Virus record (IMG/VR): IMGVR_UViG_3300017784_002655
Coordinates: 1 to 28,693 of that record
Strand: one strand, 5' to 3'
Length of the DNA: 28,693 nucleotides
Origin: a virus
Taxonomy: Duplodnaviria; Caudoviricetes
Part shown: piece after piece, positions 9,089 through 16,620 of the stretch
Layout of the letters: each line of letters opens with the position of its first letter
Numbering within the stretch: position 1 is the first letter of the stretch
The notes under the pieces: generated by a model
Database searches by the model: none
Told to the model about the DNA's origin: nothing
Seen by the model: the letters and a program-made list of their open reading frames with translations, nothing else
Made by a program: the position numbers and the translations under genes

Positions 9089-9370
9089 ATGACATTCCAA
9101 GAATGGACCAAGCGGGAAGATTACGTAGAGCTCTGGAAAAAAACCTGGAACGAGCCACATATGCGGGCTGGTATGACTGCTTTGATTCATATGGGACTAC
9201 CTCAATTAAATGCGATAGCTCCCGCCCATGGCGAAGCAATTCAGCTTAGAGCATTGGCTCATTCGAGGAACGAGGGTTGGTACGCAGCTTTGAAGGGAAT
9301 TGAATTACTAAAGACACCCAAGACTGAGCCACAAGAGTTGCCAGCACCTTGGGAAGACGTAAACCAATAA
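9089..9370 (+). CDS. Small head-region protein between portal and scaffold
   Basis: 93-94 aa; the position and the 'A..EGW' motif resemble small genes found between portal and scaffold in podoviruses; function unknown. Confidence 0.65.
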   Translation: MTFQEWTKREDYVELWKKTWNEPHMRAGMTALIHMGLPQLNAIAPAHGEAIQLRALAHSRNEGWYAALKGIELLKTPKTEPQELPAPWEDVNQ

Positions 9371-9387
9371 ACTAAGAGGTAAAATAT

Positions 9388-10665
9388 ATGGCAACCACAA
9401 ACGAAGTTTCGTCATTTGGAGAAGCGCTAACCGCAGCCCTAGGGGATTCGGAATCCCCCCTAGCCTCTGCTACCCCCCTATCGCAAAATCCAGTTATTGA
9501 CACTCCTGCCGAAACTAAAACTGCCCCAGAAACAAATACCGCTGTTACGGCTCCGGCCCCAGTTGAGGAAGTTAAAACCCCCGAAGCCCCCGAGGAAGAA
9601 GTAGACCTATCTAAAACCCCAGAAATAAAGACCCCGTCCAAGCTGATTGATTCTTTGCTGACCCCCGAAGCTGAGAAAACAAAAACAGTCAGCCGAGCCG
9701 AAGGCGATATTAAAGAGGAAGAGAAATTACCAGGCAAAGCAACCAATTCTGCTAATTCAGCTTTTGCCGCTAAAACGAGGGCTCTTAAAGCCGCTGAGCA
9801 GGAACTCGCTTCCCTCAAGTCCGAACTAGAAAAGGCTCGCACTTCGGGCAACACAGAAGCCTCGACCGAAGTACAGTCGATTAAATCTGAACTTGAGGAG
9901 ACCCGTAAATTAGTTTCAGATTACGAAGGACAGTTATCATTGGTGCGACTAGAAGGAACTCGGGATTTCAAGCGTTCGATTTCTGAACCCATAGCCAAAG
10001 CCGAGAAGGGCTTGTCCGACGCCATTGCGGGGTACGAAGGTTTGGCGGTTAAAGATATTCTTAAAGTATTGGATATCCAAGACCCAGCCCAGCGACGAGC
10101 TGAGTTTAAGGAAGTTATGTCCGGTGTTGACGCGATGGACGCATGGGCCGTTAAATCTAAACTGGATGAGATCGAGCAGTTACGAGGCAAGAAAGACGAG
10201 ATGCTTAAGTCGGCTAGCGAAACTCTCGCCAATATCGAAAGGCAGGAAACTGCTGTCGAACAAGAAGCTCGTCTCAATTTTGATAGACAGGCTGATGTGG
10301 CTTTTGAAAATACTTGGAATCAATTCGAGGACTCCTTCCCCATTTTAAAACGCGGTCAAGCAGTTGAGTGGGATGACACAATCAAAGCGCTTCGGGAGCA
10401 AGCTGTTTATCTAGATAAGAAACCACTCGATCACCAACAACGGGCAACTCTTACCTACCAAGCGGTACTATTCCCCCTTGCTGTTCAAGTCGTTCGGGAT
10501 CTTACCGACAAGAGCAATGCTACAATTGCAGACTTGAAATCTCAAATTCAAAAGCTTCAAGGGGCGACTCCTACTGCTGGGGCTAGTAGCAATAACGAAC
10601 AGTCTGCTGGGCTCCCTTCCAATGTTGGCTTCCTAGAAGCATTAGAAAAATCGATGGGTCGATAA
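9388..10665 (+). CDS. Capsid scaffolding protein (putative)
   Basis: GAGGT SD; acidic P/E/T-rich disordered N-terminus, long coiled coils and a short amphipathic C-terminal helix; lies between portal and capsid. Confidence 0.75.
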   Translation: MATTNEVSSFGEALTAALGDSESPLASATPLSQNPVIDTPAETKTAPETNTAVTAPAPVEEVKTPEAPEEEVDLSKTPEIKTPSKLIDSLLTPEAEKTKTVSRAEGDIKEEEKLPGKATNSANSAFAAKTRALKAAEQELASLKSELEKARTSGNTEASTEVQSIKSELEETRKLVSDYEGQLSLVRLEGTRDFKRSISEPIAKAEKGLSDAIAGYEGLAVKDILKVLDIQDPAQRRAEFKEVMSGVDAMDAWAVKSKLDEIEQLRGKKDEMLKSASETLANIERQETAVEQEARLNFDRQADVAFENTWNQFEDSFPILKRGQAVEWDDTIKALREQAVYLDKKPLDHQQRATLTYQAVLFPLAVQVVRDLTDKSNATIADLKSQIQKLQGATPTAGASSNNEQSAGLPSNVGFLEALEKSMGR

Positions 10666-12791
10666 TGCTAGTCGTATTGCCAGTCGGTCCCCAAGATCGA
10701 GAACAGGCTGTCCGCTGGCTTGATTGGGTCGAAGAACTTGGCGGTATCGGTAGTCATCGCCTAATGGTTGCCTGTGCTCGAGCAGTCCCAAACCCTACCG
10801 AGTTGGGTCGTAGCTACGAGTTGTATATACCGCACGATCAAGACGAGCGGGGATGGCCTATGAGCCCTAACCATATGTTTAAGCGGGTAGCTCAGCATAT
10901 TACTTGGGGCCCGAATCCTGAGGCTTACTTTTGGTGCGAACCAGATTGTATCCCCTTAGTTCCAAGGTGGCTTGATCTTCTCGATTCCGAGTACCGAACC
11001 TGCGGTCAGTATTTTATGGGGGCTCAGGTTAAAGTGGAAGGTACTCCTGAGCATATGAGCGGAAACGCCATCTACCCAAAGAATATTATGGAACGGGCTT
11101 CTAATGTTATCCATGCTGATCTCGCTGCGTTTGACGTTGTAGGTGCTGAGCAGATTGTGGGACAAGCCTATTGGACTAAATCAATTCAGCACGTTTGGCG
11201 TAAGGACGAGGGTCGTAACTTTAAGTTTCCCGATCAAGCTAGCGTTGATGCTATGGTCAGTAAGGAAGCCGTTATGTTCCATCAGAATAAAGATGGCACT
11301 TTGATTCAGAGACTAAGAGAAAGACTCCCGATAAACTCAAAGGTTGAAGAGAAGCCGGCTAAACAAAAATTAAAAAGGGTTAAAAACAAAAAACCAAGTA
11401 TTGATTTATTTTACACTACCTACCCAAAAGATAAACAGTGGTTTTCGTATAGTGTGCGGATCGCCAAAAAGAATTTGTGTGGTATCCGGAATATTGTTGC
11501 TGTCGTACGTCAACAACATTTACAAGAGTTTTTAGATTTAAATTTGGACGTTGTTTACAAAACTGTCCCAGACTCTTGGAATTCTAGTCGCGGTTATCAT
11601 TGGCAACAATGGATAAAAATGAGGGCTCCTGAATTCACAGATGCCGATTTTATTGCTCATGTTGACAGTGATACCTATTTTAAAGAGAACGTAGATATTT
11701 TTGACTTTTTTTCCGACAAAAAACCAGGTTGGATTTTCAGAAAATATGATGAGCTCAATGTTCCTTGGAAAACACTCACTGAAAAAGCTATTGGGTGCGA
11801 GTGTCTAATCGAATACATGCAAAGTTCCCCCTTTATTATTGGTCGAGAAGTTTACGCCAAAGCAAAAGAAATTCTTGAGGGCACACAAAAATGTTCCATG
11901 GAGAAATACATATACGACTCCGGCGTAACTGATTGGCCCCCGGGTTTTTCTGAGTATAATTTCTTAGGGAATATTGCTAATAAATTCTTTAAAGACGATT
12001 ATTTCTTTGTTCATGCTGCCGATAAAGATGTGCCAATCGGATTCTCTAAAATTCATTTATGTTGGAGTCATTCTGATTTTTCTAAACAGGTAGAGATTTT
12101 AGAGACTATGTTAAAGGATAAGGTTTTACAGAAACCCATTACTACCGATAGGGGCATATGGATTCTTTCTAACGACACCCATATTTCAGAATGGGTCGTT
12201 AAGTACCAAAAGCTTGATTTTGATGGTCATCTCCTCCCACATATTCTTCCCCTGATCAACTCCGGTGATTCTATTATAGATGTTGGGGCGTTTATCGGGG
12301 ACCACACATATGCATACGCATTAAAAACTCACGGGGTCGACACCGGTATGGTTCATGCTTTTGAGCCCAATCCGGATGCCTTTTTCTGTTTAGAGAAGAA
12401 CACAGAAGCTTTTTCTCATGTTAAGAGATATAATTGTGGTCTCGGAGATTGCGAAAGTACCGCGACCCTTGTTAAGGATAGCAACGCGGGTGCTTCTATG
12501 CTGACAAGCGGGGGTGGCATACAGATTAAAATGCTCGATTCCATCGAGGTTCCTAGACTCAATGGTATAAAAATAGACGCTGAAGGATTTGAATTAAAAG
12601 TTTTAAGGGGTGCCGAAAAAACTATAGCAAAGTTTAAACCTTGGTTAGTGCTCGAGTTTAACGCTGGGGCTTTAAAGTTGAATGATACGTCAGCCGATGA
12701 GATTACCAAATGGTTATCCGATAGGGGCTACCGAGCATTTAAAGAGGTTGGTTCCGGAGATCTAAAAGACGTTTTCTTCCGGTTCGGTTAG
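10665..12791 (+). CDS. Multidomain protein: GT-A-like domain + DUF6492-like glycosyltransferase + FkbM-family SAM methyltransferase
   Basis: N-domain YFWCEPDCIPL and HMSGNAIYP; middle domain WQQWIK and HVDSD (DxD); C-domain IIDVGAFIG, AFEPNP, IKIDAEGFELKVLRGA and LVLE. Start is coupled to the scaffold stop (TAATG). The FkbM call is strong; the GT calls are moderate. Confidence 0.75.
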   Translation: MLVVLPVGPQDREQAVRWLDWVEELGGIGSHRLMVACARAVPNPTELGRSYELYIPHDQDERGWPMSPNHMFKRVAQHITWGPNPEAYFWCEPDCIPLVPRWLDLLDSEYRTCGQYFMGAQVKVEGTPEHMSGNAIYPKNIMERASNVIHADLAAFDVVGAEQIVGQAYWTKSIQHVWRKDEGRNFKFPDQASVDAMVSKEAVMFHQNKDGTLIQRLRERLPINSKVEEKPAKQKLKRVKNKKPSIDLFYTTYPKDKQWFSYSVRIAKKNLCGIRNIVAVVRQQHLQEFLDLNLDVVYKTVPDSWNSSRGYHWQQWIKMRAPEFTDADFIAHVDSDTYFKENVDIFDFFSDKKPGWIFRKYDELNVPWKTLTEKAIGCECLIEYMQSSPFIIGREVYAKAKEILEGTQKCSMEKYIYDSGVTDWPPGFSEYNFLGNIANKFFKDDYFFVHAADKDVPIGFSKIHLCWSHSDFSKQVEILETMLKDKVLQKPITTDRGIWILSNDTHISEWVVKYQKLDFDGHLLPHILPLINSGDSIIDVGAFIGDHTYAYALKTHGVDTGMVHAFEPNPDAFFCLEKNTEAFSHVKRYNCGLGDCESTATLVKDSNAGASMLTSGGGIQIKMLDSIEVPRLNGIKIDAEGFELKVLRGAEKTIAKFKPWLVLEFNAGALKLNDTSADEITKWLSDRGYRAFKEVGSGDLKDVFFRFG

Positions 12792-12800
12792 CATCGGGGC

Positions 12801-12828
12801 TTGACACGCCGTTAGAACTAGTTACATC
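12801..12828 (+). promoter_or_regulatory. Candidate sigma70-like promoter for the capsid gene
   Basis: Perfect TTGACA (12801-12806), 16-nt spacer, degenerate -10 TACATC. Confidence 0.5.
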
Positions 12829-12829
12829 C

Positions 12830-13018
12830 CGTCTTAGTTCTTTGGCAGAGGTGTCGATGCGATGGGGCTAATTTGCCTGCGCCCTACAGGCTACGCTTAA
12901 ATGACACTGAAGCGGTATCCGACGGCTAACGGATATCCAACTACCTTTTAGAGCTTGCCGGCTCTTGAAACAAAAAAGACGATAAGGAAACACGCTCATC
13001 GTGTGGTGAGAAGTTTCT
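12830..13018 (+). ncRNA. Candidate structured RNA / cis-regulatory leader of the major capsid gene
   Basis: Only large non-coding gap in the window. Hand-found helices: CGTCTT/AAGACG (12830-35/12976-81), GTGTC/GACAC (12851-55/12903-07), GCCTG/CAGGC, TATCCG/CGGATA, AGAGC/GCTCT, and GGAAAC..CTCATC/GGTGAG..GTTTCT. Confidence 0.5.
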
Positions 13019-13049
13019 GAATCATTATTTCAACAAGGAGATAACTAAT

Positions 13050-14288
13050 ATGGCATGTACGAATATTGAGAATCTTCTGATTACAGAGTCCGGCCGTATC
13101 GGTGCGGATATCTATCGGAAGACTTTGAACACGTCCCCGTGGACGACTTTGGTTAAGCAAGAGGCTTGGCCAGATGAGATGGGCACAACTGTTAACGTTC
13201 TGATCTATGAACGGACCCTACCGGCTTCCGGCGGTTCGATCACTTTCACGGACGTTGCTTATAACGGAGTCGGAACTCAGGTCATTGGGGCTACCCCTTC
13301 TGGCTCGAATGTCGGACCCGGAACTTGCGCAGTTACTGGCAATGACCTCGGTTTTGCCCAGACCCTCCGCACTTACAACCTCCAACAGGCGGCGATTAAC
13401 TCCCCCGACATCTGCTTGAACGACCTTCGGTTCCCCGTTCGTCGTCAAGAACAACTACGTAATATCATGTCAGTATTGAGTGAGAATACGCAGTATGCTT
13501 GGGAAAACCGCTACCGTGACGAATACGTTCGTCTCGCTAACTACAACGTCAACGCTAACCAGAGCGAACTCTTGGCGGCTTCCGGCCAGACCAAAGGTTC
13601 ATTCAGCATCACCACTCTCCCGACGAGCCGATTGACTCAGGGCATCCTGCGTTACTTCTACTCGCGGTTGATCCGTGACGGCGCTGGTCAGAATGCGTAC
13701 GGCAAAGAAAACGGTGCTCCCGTGTTCTTGCTCGTCACCTCCCCCGAGGCTTCTGATGACTTGATCAAGCTCAACGCGGATATCCGTCAGGATCTCCGTT
13801 ATGCGAAACCAAGCGAACTGATTCAGCCTCTCGGCGTAGAACGTAGCTATGCTGGTTTCTACCATTTGGTAGATACCATGACTCCCCGCTACGACTTCGA
13901 TAACACGCTTGTAGGCCAGAACAAGTGGGTCCGTCGTAACCCGTATGCCACTGATGCTAGCGCATCTAAGGGCACACGATACATCCCGAACCCCGCGTAC
14001 TACACTGCGGAATACGAAGATTCGATTATCTTCCATCCCGACGTGTTTACTTCGCTGGTCGCGAAGCCCATTAGCACCACTGGTGGAATGGCATTCGACC
14101 CGCAGAGCTATCGCGGTGACTTCCGCTGGCGGAATATCCCCAGCCGGGATTGTAACCCAGACGGTACGATCGGATTCTTCCGGGCTATCTTTAGCTCCGG
14201 CTCGAAACCCGTTCGTCCCGAGCTCGGTGTGGTTATTCGCCACAAGCGCTGCGCGGCCGACTTCGGCCTCGTTGGTTGCTACTCATAA
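13050..14288 (+). CDS. Major capsid protein
   Basis: 412 aa; strong AAGGAG SD; C-ending codons typical of high expression; downstream of portal and scaffold; followed by a strong terminator. Confidence 0.85.
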   Translation: MACTNIENLLITESGRIGADIYRKTLNTSPWTTLVKQEAWPDEMGTTVNVLIYERTLPASGGSITFTDVAYNGVGTQVIGATPSGSNVGPGTCAVTGNDLGFAQTLRTYNLQQAAINSPDICLNDLRFPVRRQEQLRNIMSVLSENTQYAWENRYRDEYVRLANYNVNANQSELLAASGQTKGSFSITTLPTSRLTQGILRYFYSRLIRDGAGQNAYGKENGAPVFLLVTSPEASDDLIKLNADIRQDLRYAKPSELIQPLGVERSYAGFYHLVDTMTPRYDFDNTLVGQNKWVRRNPYATDASASKGTRYIPNPAYYTAEYEDSIIFHPDVFTSLVAKPISTTGGMAFDPQSYRGDFRWRNIPSRDCNPDGTIGFFRAIFSSGSKPVRPELGVVIRHKRCAADFGLVGCYS

Positions 14289-14304
14289 GCTGAGTAATTG
14301 AATT

Positions 14305-14346
14305 GAAGGGGGGCGTAGGTTCTATTCCTGCGCCTCCTTTCTTTTT
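14305..14346 (+). terminator. Rho-independent terminator after the capsid gene
   Basis: GAAGGGGGGCGTAGG-TTCTATT-CCTGCGCCTCCTTTC stem followed by TTTTT. Confidence 0.88.
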
Positions 14347-14445
14347 ATAATTATGCATTGCGGATGTCCTGAGTGTATGGCGAAAAAAGGTCGTGGCCCC
14401 GCCATGATCGTTATTGCTGTCGCTCCTAAACAAGGAGATAAAAAT

Positions 14446-14697
14446 ATGAAGATTGCTACATTTGCAGTCCCGAAGGGTTTCGCTCCTCCTGAAGGCGTTG
14501 TCGAGGGAGACACGTTCGAAGCTATGGCCACGTTTAAACACGGTGGCAAAACTTTGGATTTGGTTTCTATCGAAGGTGCCGAGGCTGAGATGCCCGAAAT
14601 GGAAATGGAAATGGAAGAGACCAGCAAGGCTCCCGCCGAAGCTGGGTTTGCTGATGCTATCGAGATGGGCGTCATGCCCGAAGGAAAGATGGCGTAA
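14446..14697 (+). CDS. Small acidic Met/Glu-rich protein (possible in-frame upstream start at 14353)
   Basis: ACAAGGAGATAA SD context identical to that of the capsid gene precedes ATG 14446. Confidence 0.7.
   Translation: MKIATFAVPKGFAPPEGVVEGDTFEAMATFKHGGKTLDLVSIEGAEAEMPEMEMEMEETSKAPAEAGFADAIEMGVMPEGKMA
14596..14616 (+). repeat. (GAAATG)x3.5 in-frame microsatellite encoding EMEMEME
   Basis: gaaatg gaaatg gaaatg gaa read directly. Confidence 0.9.
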
Positions 14698-15012
14698 GTG
14701 AAGCGTGAGGTAAGGGGCGAAGGCTGGACTGAGTTTGTCTGCGCGATTGTCGAGCAGGGACTCCATGATCTGGACTTCGCCCTTACCGCACCTATTGGAC
14801 GTAAACTAGACCCTAAGAACTACTTTACGCCTTTACATTTTGATTTATTTTTCGATCAAGTTCCTGGGCTGTGCGAAGTTTCCAATATAAAAATATCTGC
14901 TCAAGCTATTGAAAGAAAAGTAAAAGGAAAGATTGACAAACTGAGATCTATAAGGAATAGAAGGAGAGAGAAACTATGTCAGAACCAGCTCAAGCAAACA
15001 TCGAGTTCGTAA
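14698..15012 (+). CDS. Hypothetical phage protein, 104 aa
   Basis: GTG directly follows the upstream TAA; 'CAIVEQGLHD...FF...LC' pattern seen in small phage proteins; basic C-terminus. Confidence 0.6.
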   Translation: MKREVRGEGWTEFVCAIVEQGLHDLDFALTAPIGRKLDPKNYFTPLHFDLFFDQVPGLCEVSNIKISAQAIERKVKGKIDKLRSIRNRRREKLCQNQLKQTSSS

Positions 15013-15290
15013 GCCAACTCCGAAGGGCTTTACTGTTCGGTCAGATTACCCGCGATCAATTGCGTGGTACTTCCGGAGAGAATCTCCAAGGCAGTAGTTA
15101 TTATCCAGCGTCGGATGAATTCGTTCGTAATTTTCAAAGGGCTGTTGGTTCCGGCCAAGTTACCAATGCTCAAATCTTGAACCCGAGTTTGATCGAGAAC
15201 ACAGATACTTACGCGAGAGCCAGCAATAGTTTTGTATTAGAGTGTAATAGGGCAGGTGCTGCTGGCCAGCTCGTAACGACCGTAACTTAA
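14976..15290 (+). CDS. Three-repeat small protein, probably virion-associated
   Basis: AAGGAG SD; three copies of (E/S)FVxxxxRAxxxGQ at residues 10, 48 and 85. Confidence 0.75.
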   Translation: MSEPAQANIEFVSQLRRALLFGQITRDQLRGTSGENLQGSSYYPASDEFVRNFQRAVGSGQVTNAQILNPSLIENTDTYARASNSFVLECNRAGAAGQLVTTVT

Positions 15291-15300
15291 GGAGATATAG

Positions 15301-15897
15301 ATGCAAACAAACGCACCTGCTGGTTCTGAATTCGTAGATCAATACAATCGGGCTGTTGCCTTTGGGCAGATCGGTGGCGCTAACGGCGCACCCCTACCCG
15401 CCCACGCCTCTACACATGCGACAGGTGGTTCTGATCCCGTTACCCCAGCTTCGATTGGTGCGGTTTCACTAGTTACAAATAATGCTGCTATAGTTCCGCA
15501 ATCAGTTTATTTGAGAGTCGACGGGGTAAACCTTTTAGCTGCGGATAACACAAACACTCTTTTGTACACTGTTCCGGCTGGGTTCACTTTCACAGCGACT
15601 TCCACCAAGGTGATTATCACAAACAGCAACCAGAGCGTAGGATTTAGTACAGCTCCAGAATTTGAAGTCCAGAACGGTTCTGGTATAAAGACATGTAACG
15701 TTTTGGCACTTGCCGTTGCTACGCGACTCTTCGCGACTGGCGATGTAATTATGTCTGGCGGTAGTTTTGGTGGCGGAAGTACAAATAGAAGAATATCAAC
15801 TGACACCGTTAATTTTAAAGTAACCACAGAAGCGGTTGGTGGCACACAAACTACTATGCTGGCTTCAGTTTTTGTACAAGGCGAATTGTATTCTTAA
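15301..15897 (+). CDS. Putative head decoration/fibre protein
   Basis: TAAGGAG SD; N-terminal EFV..RA..GQ motif, HASTHATGGSDPVTPASIGA fibre-type motif and a beta-rich T/G/S C-terminal domain. Confidence 0.6.
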   Translation: MQTNAPAGSEFVDQYNRAVAFGQIGGANGAPLPAHASTHATGGSDPVTPASIGAVSLVTNNAAIVPQSVYLRVDGVNLLAADNTNTLLYTVPAGFTFTATSTKVIITNSNQSVGFSTAPEFEVQNGSGIKTCNVLALAVATRLFATGDVIMSGGSFGGGSTNRRISTDTVNFKVTTEAVGGTQTTMLASVFVQGELYS

Positions 15898-15910
15898 GAA
15901 GGAGTAACTT

Positions 15911-16231
15911 ATGGCACTATATCCCGAAGGAACAGCACCGCTACCCTTGGACGACGTCCAGAGGGCGGCTAATAAAGCGAATGAACTCTCTAGGCAGAAC
16001 TTAGGGCAGAACGGAGCTATTGTTCTTGCTACTGGAAATCTTACCGCTCCTCTTGGCACATATGTGTCTCTTGTTGTTTTGACAACCACTACCATCGCGA
16101 GCATTACAGCTCCCGGGATTACTAATTCCTCTTCATTAACTGCTGTAGCACTCGCTGCTGGAACAGTCATCAGGGGCGATATCCGAGAGGTTACGCTTAC
16201 TAGCGGACTTGCTATCCTATACACAACGTAG
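15911..16231 (+). CDS. Putative virion accessory protein, 106 aa
   Basis: AAGGAG SD; T/A-rich beta-type C-terminus ending 'GDIREVTLTSGLAILY'. Confidence 0.6.
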   Translation: MALYPEGTAPLPLDDVQRAANKANELSRQNLGQNGAIVLATGNLTAPLGTYVSLVVLTTTTIASITAPGITNSSSLTAVALAAGTVIRGDIREVTLTSGLAILYTT

Positions 16232-16235
16232 TTTT

Positions 16236-16385
16236 ATGAAATCTTTGGAAGGTGGAAACGGATGTTTACCGCCCTCTGAGGAGGATCTCTTAGCCTGTAT
16301 ATCCTATCTCTGCGACGAAGGTTTTATCACCATCTATCAAGATGAGAACGATGAGTGGTTTGTAAAAATCGCGGAAAACGTGTAA
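16236..16385 (+). CDS. Small acidic hypothetical protein, 49 aa (not in ORF track)
   Basis: Read by hand: MKSLEGGNGCLPPSEEDLLACISYLCDEGFITIYQDENDEWFVKIAENV*; fills the gap between neighbours. Confidence 0.65.
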   Translation: MKSLEGGNGCLPPSEEDLLACISYLCDEGFITIYQDENDEWFVKIAENV

Positions 16386-16394
16386 GGTAAGTAT

Positions 16395-16592
16395 ATGGCA
16401 CCCAAGGATAACGAAAGGCTGGCTCGTATCGAAACGAAGCTTGACGCCACCCTAGCCCATTTAGGAGATCACGAAAGTCGTATCCGTTCCGTAGAAAAAG
16501 CTTGGTGGAAGCAATCCGCTATTATCGGAGCTCTTATCGCTTCTATTTCTTGGTTTGGCCCAGTAATAAGAAAGCATCTTTTTGGTTCGTAA
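16395..16592 (+). CDS. XhlA-like small membrane protein / holin-like
   Basis: ERLARIETKLD...HESRIRSVEK coiled coil followed by one TM helix; TAAGGT SD; start of the lysis cluster. Confidence 0.65.
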   Translation: MAPKDNERLARIETKLDATLAHLGDHESRIRSVEKAWWKQSAIIGALIASISWFGPVIRKHLFGS

Positions 16593-16620
16593 TTCTTACG
16601 CATGGAGCTATATTAAGCCC

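Noticed and set aside
9372-9854. 160-aa minus-strand ORF opposite the scaffold
   Set aside because: Low-complexity antisense shadow with no motif or SD.
12863-12891. H-type pseudoknot in the capsid leader
   Set aside because: With both stems fully formed the third loop would be 0 nt, which is sterically implausible; treated as competing hairpins instead.
12903-12970. Hammerhead ribozyme (CTGAAG followed by a stem)
   Set aside because: The core reads CUGAAGC rather than CUGANGA, and no GAAA directly follows the stem.
13599-14243. 214-aa antisense ORF within the capsid gene
   Set aside because: Expected by-product of strong codon bias in a highly expressed gene; no recognisable motifs.
14280-14296. 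Small hairpin TACTCA-TAAGC-TGAGTA over the capsid stop as a read-through or frameshift signal
   Set aside because: No slippery sequence, an in-frame TAA follows two codons later, and a terminator lies directly downstream.
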